A stretch of 32,330 nt of DNA, taken from positions 1 through 32,330 of the forward strand of contig JAGWDQ010000094.1 of NCBI GenBank assembly GCA_018260615.1, given 5' to 3'. Below, one piece after another: positions 26,501-29,500 of this stretch. The translations under genes were made by a program, and so were the position numbers. Source of the DNA: Candidatus Altarchaeum sp. GTDB taxonomy: Archaea; Altiarchaeota; Altiarchaeia; Altiarchaeales; Altiarchaeaceae. The notes under the pieces were generated by a model. The model had not been told where the DNA came from. It searched no databases and saw nothing but the letters and a program-made list of their open reading frames with translations. The first letter of the stretch is position 1, and the number at the start of each line of letters is the position of its first letter.

Positions 26501-29500
26501 TCAGCATTACCCCAACAGTTCTGAATAAAGGACAACAAATTGTTTGGGTTATTGAGGCAAAGATAAAGAAAGAAGCAGTTAATGATTTAGCAAATGCTGG
26601 AACAGATGCAGGAATTGCTTGTTATGTGCCTTTAGTTGAAAATGCAAACCAAACATGCACAATTCCAATTCCAGCGACAATTCCAACACAAGAGCCGGCA
26701 TTTAAGGTAGAGAAGCGCGACGTAACAGGAGGATCAGGAAAATCACCATACAATATAGGAGAAAATGTTACTTATGAAATCAGTGTTTATGCGATAAATC
26801 CGTCAACAAATTCAAGACCTGTTTTAAATGTATTTATCAATGATACTTTGCCAGAGGGCTTTACTTATGTGAGTAATTCGGCAATATGTAATAATACACA
26901 ATGCATTCCGACAATAGACGGAAGTAATCTCATATTTGGACCATTTAACATAACTAACGATGCAAGCAATAAATTTGTAATTAAATTTAATGCAACGATT
27001 GGAAAGAATGCATCAACTCCATCAAAGAATTTGGCAACAGGTAAAGGGGAGGATTATGCAGGAAATGAAGTTAATAACACTGCGCCGGACGGAGAAGCAT
27101 CGGTAAATGTATTAGTTCCACAGCCAGTTATGAATATAGAAAAAGATGTTCCACCGAAGTCATATATAGATACCAATGTTACAGTTATATTGAAAGTAAC
27201 AAACGGAGGCGGAACAAGTGAGGCAACCGCTTACAATGTTTCAGTAAAGGATATTCTTCCATCTGAAATTAATTATGTCGCTGGAACATCACAAATAACA
27301 TTGCCGAATGGAACAATTATAAGTCAGGACCCGGTAATTGGTGGAAATATATTAACATGGCAATACTTTACAATTCCATCAGCAGCGTCAGGAAACAATT
27401 CATTAACAATAGAATTTAAAGTCACTTCAAGTACAACAGGAACATTCACAAATGTTGCTAATGTAACTGCTTTGGATGTTACTGATAAGTTATGTTCCGC
27501 ATGTAATAAGAGCGATACTAAAGAAATGTTCTTTGGAATGTCAAATCTGACAGTTATACCTACAAATAACATTGCTACAACACCTTGTAAAGATGCAGAA
27601 ACAAATATAACAATAACAAATAAAGGAAACAATTTAACAAATGTAAATCTAACTATTGAAGTTCCAACTGGTTGGAGCATAGTTAATTTAACAGGGGATA
27701 ATGCATCTAAGATATCTGGTAATATGTGGACACTTTCAGATCTTCCGACAAATTCAAGCATCACATTGACATTGACTGTGAAAGCAAATTCCTCAACAGC
27801 ACTTGATTCCGAAAATATAAATGTAAGAGTTGATGGCTTTGATGTTATAAAGAACGGCACGGTTACAGAGACCACTATAATTAAGGCAAACTATATAAAA
27901 CCAAGTCCACAATTGAACAAGGTGATGCCGCAGGCAGCATCGGAAGTTGAACCAGGAGATATAATACAAATATGTATGGTTATAACAAATCCACAATCAG
28001 GAAGCGCACCATTTATGGTAACGAATATCAGCGATAAGATTCCGGATGGATTTGAATTGGTTGTTGGAAGTAGTACAGGTTGTACCTTCTACGATAACGA
28101 TACTGGAGGATATGCAGAATGTACTCCGAATGTGCACCTTAACAAAGGTCAAAACTGGCAGGCGTGTTACAGCATAAAGGCAACATCAAATGTTCCAAAT
28201 CCGATAATTTATAAGGTCGCAAATGTAACATTTGAGGATGATTGTGGAAATGGACAAGCAAGCTCAGCACCAATAAACGACAATCAAGGTCCGTACGACG
28301 GAACATTCTACAAACCATCATTATCAGCAACAAAGTCAATTTCGCCATCAAAACAAACATTTATCGCAGGAGCAGACACAATAACTTACAATATAACAAT
28401 AACAAATGCAAATCAACCGAAAGGAACCGCACATAATGTTACAATAACAGATACAATTCCAGAATATCTGAACTGCTCAACATCTCCTGCAACAATTGAC
28501 AACAAGGCATCCGGCTTAAATAACGCAACATACACATGGAAATTTGATAACATAAGTCCAAATGATGCAGAGACAATAACCTTAACTTGCCAGATTTTAC
28601 CGCCTGCAAACGGAACAGCAAATTTCACGAATGTTGCGTTCGTTAATTACACAGATGGTTATGGAACTCCACAGGATCCGAAGAATGGAACTGCATCACA
28701 AATCACTATTTACGGTGTTTCCACTTTACAAATCACAAAAGTAGAGTTCAATGTAACACAATCAATGGAACCAGGAGATGTTTATATTTACACTTTAAGA
28801 GCAACAAATACAGGTACGGCGCCAGCGTATAATTTAATTATAAACGATACATTGGACACCTGTGTAGAAATACAAGGCATAACAAATTCAACAAACGAAA
28901 CAACTGCTGTTATGAATGGAGGTTGCATAAACAATGTCTGTCAGTGGGATTTAAGTAAATTATCAGAAGGTAATTACTGGGAAGTAAACATTACAGTTAA
29001 GATAACCTCAAACTGTACGACAATTCCAATAAACACAGCAAATCTTAAATATGCAGCAGCAAATGGCACAGAATACTCAACAAATAGAAGTACTCAGCAG
29101 CCAATCATAGTTCATCATCCAAATGTAACAATAAGTAAAGAAATTAAGACACCTGTAAAAAGTTTCTACGCACCAGGAGATGCAATTATTTATCAGGTAA
29201 ATATTAAAAATATAGGGGACGGAACTGCATACAATGTAAATGTTACAGATACAATTCCATCAGGATTAATTTACAACACCTCATCTGGACTTACAGCTGT
29301 TCAACCAACGATAAGCTATACTTCAACAGAAATTACTTTGTTCTTTGACAAAATTGGAGTGGGACAAACAGGAGATACTTTAATTTACTTTATTGTTAAC
29401 ACAACCGCAACTGATACATCTTTGAACAATACCGTAAATGTAACATATAAAGATGGTTACGGAAAAGAATTTAATGCGAGCAATTCAACATCAAATGCAA

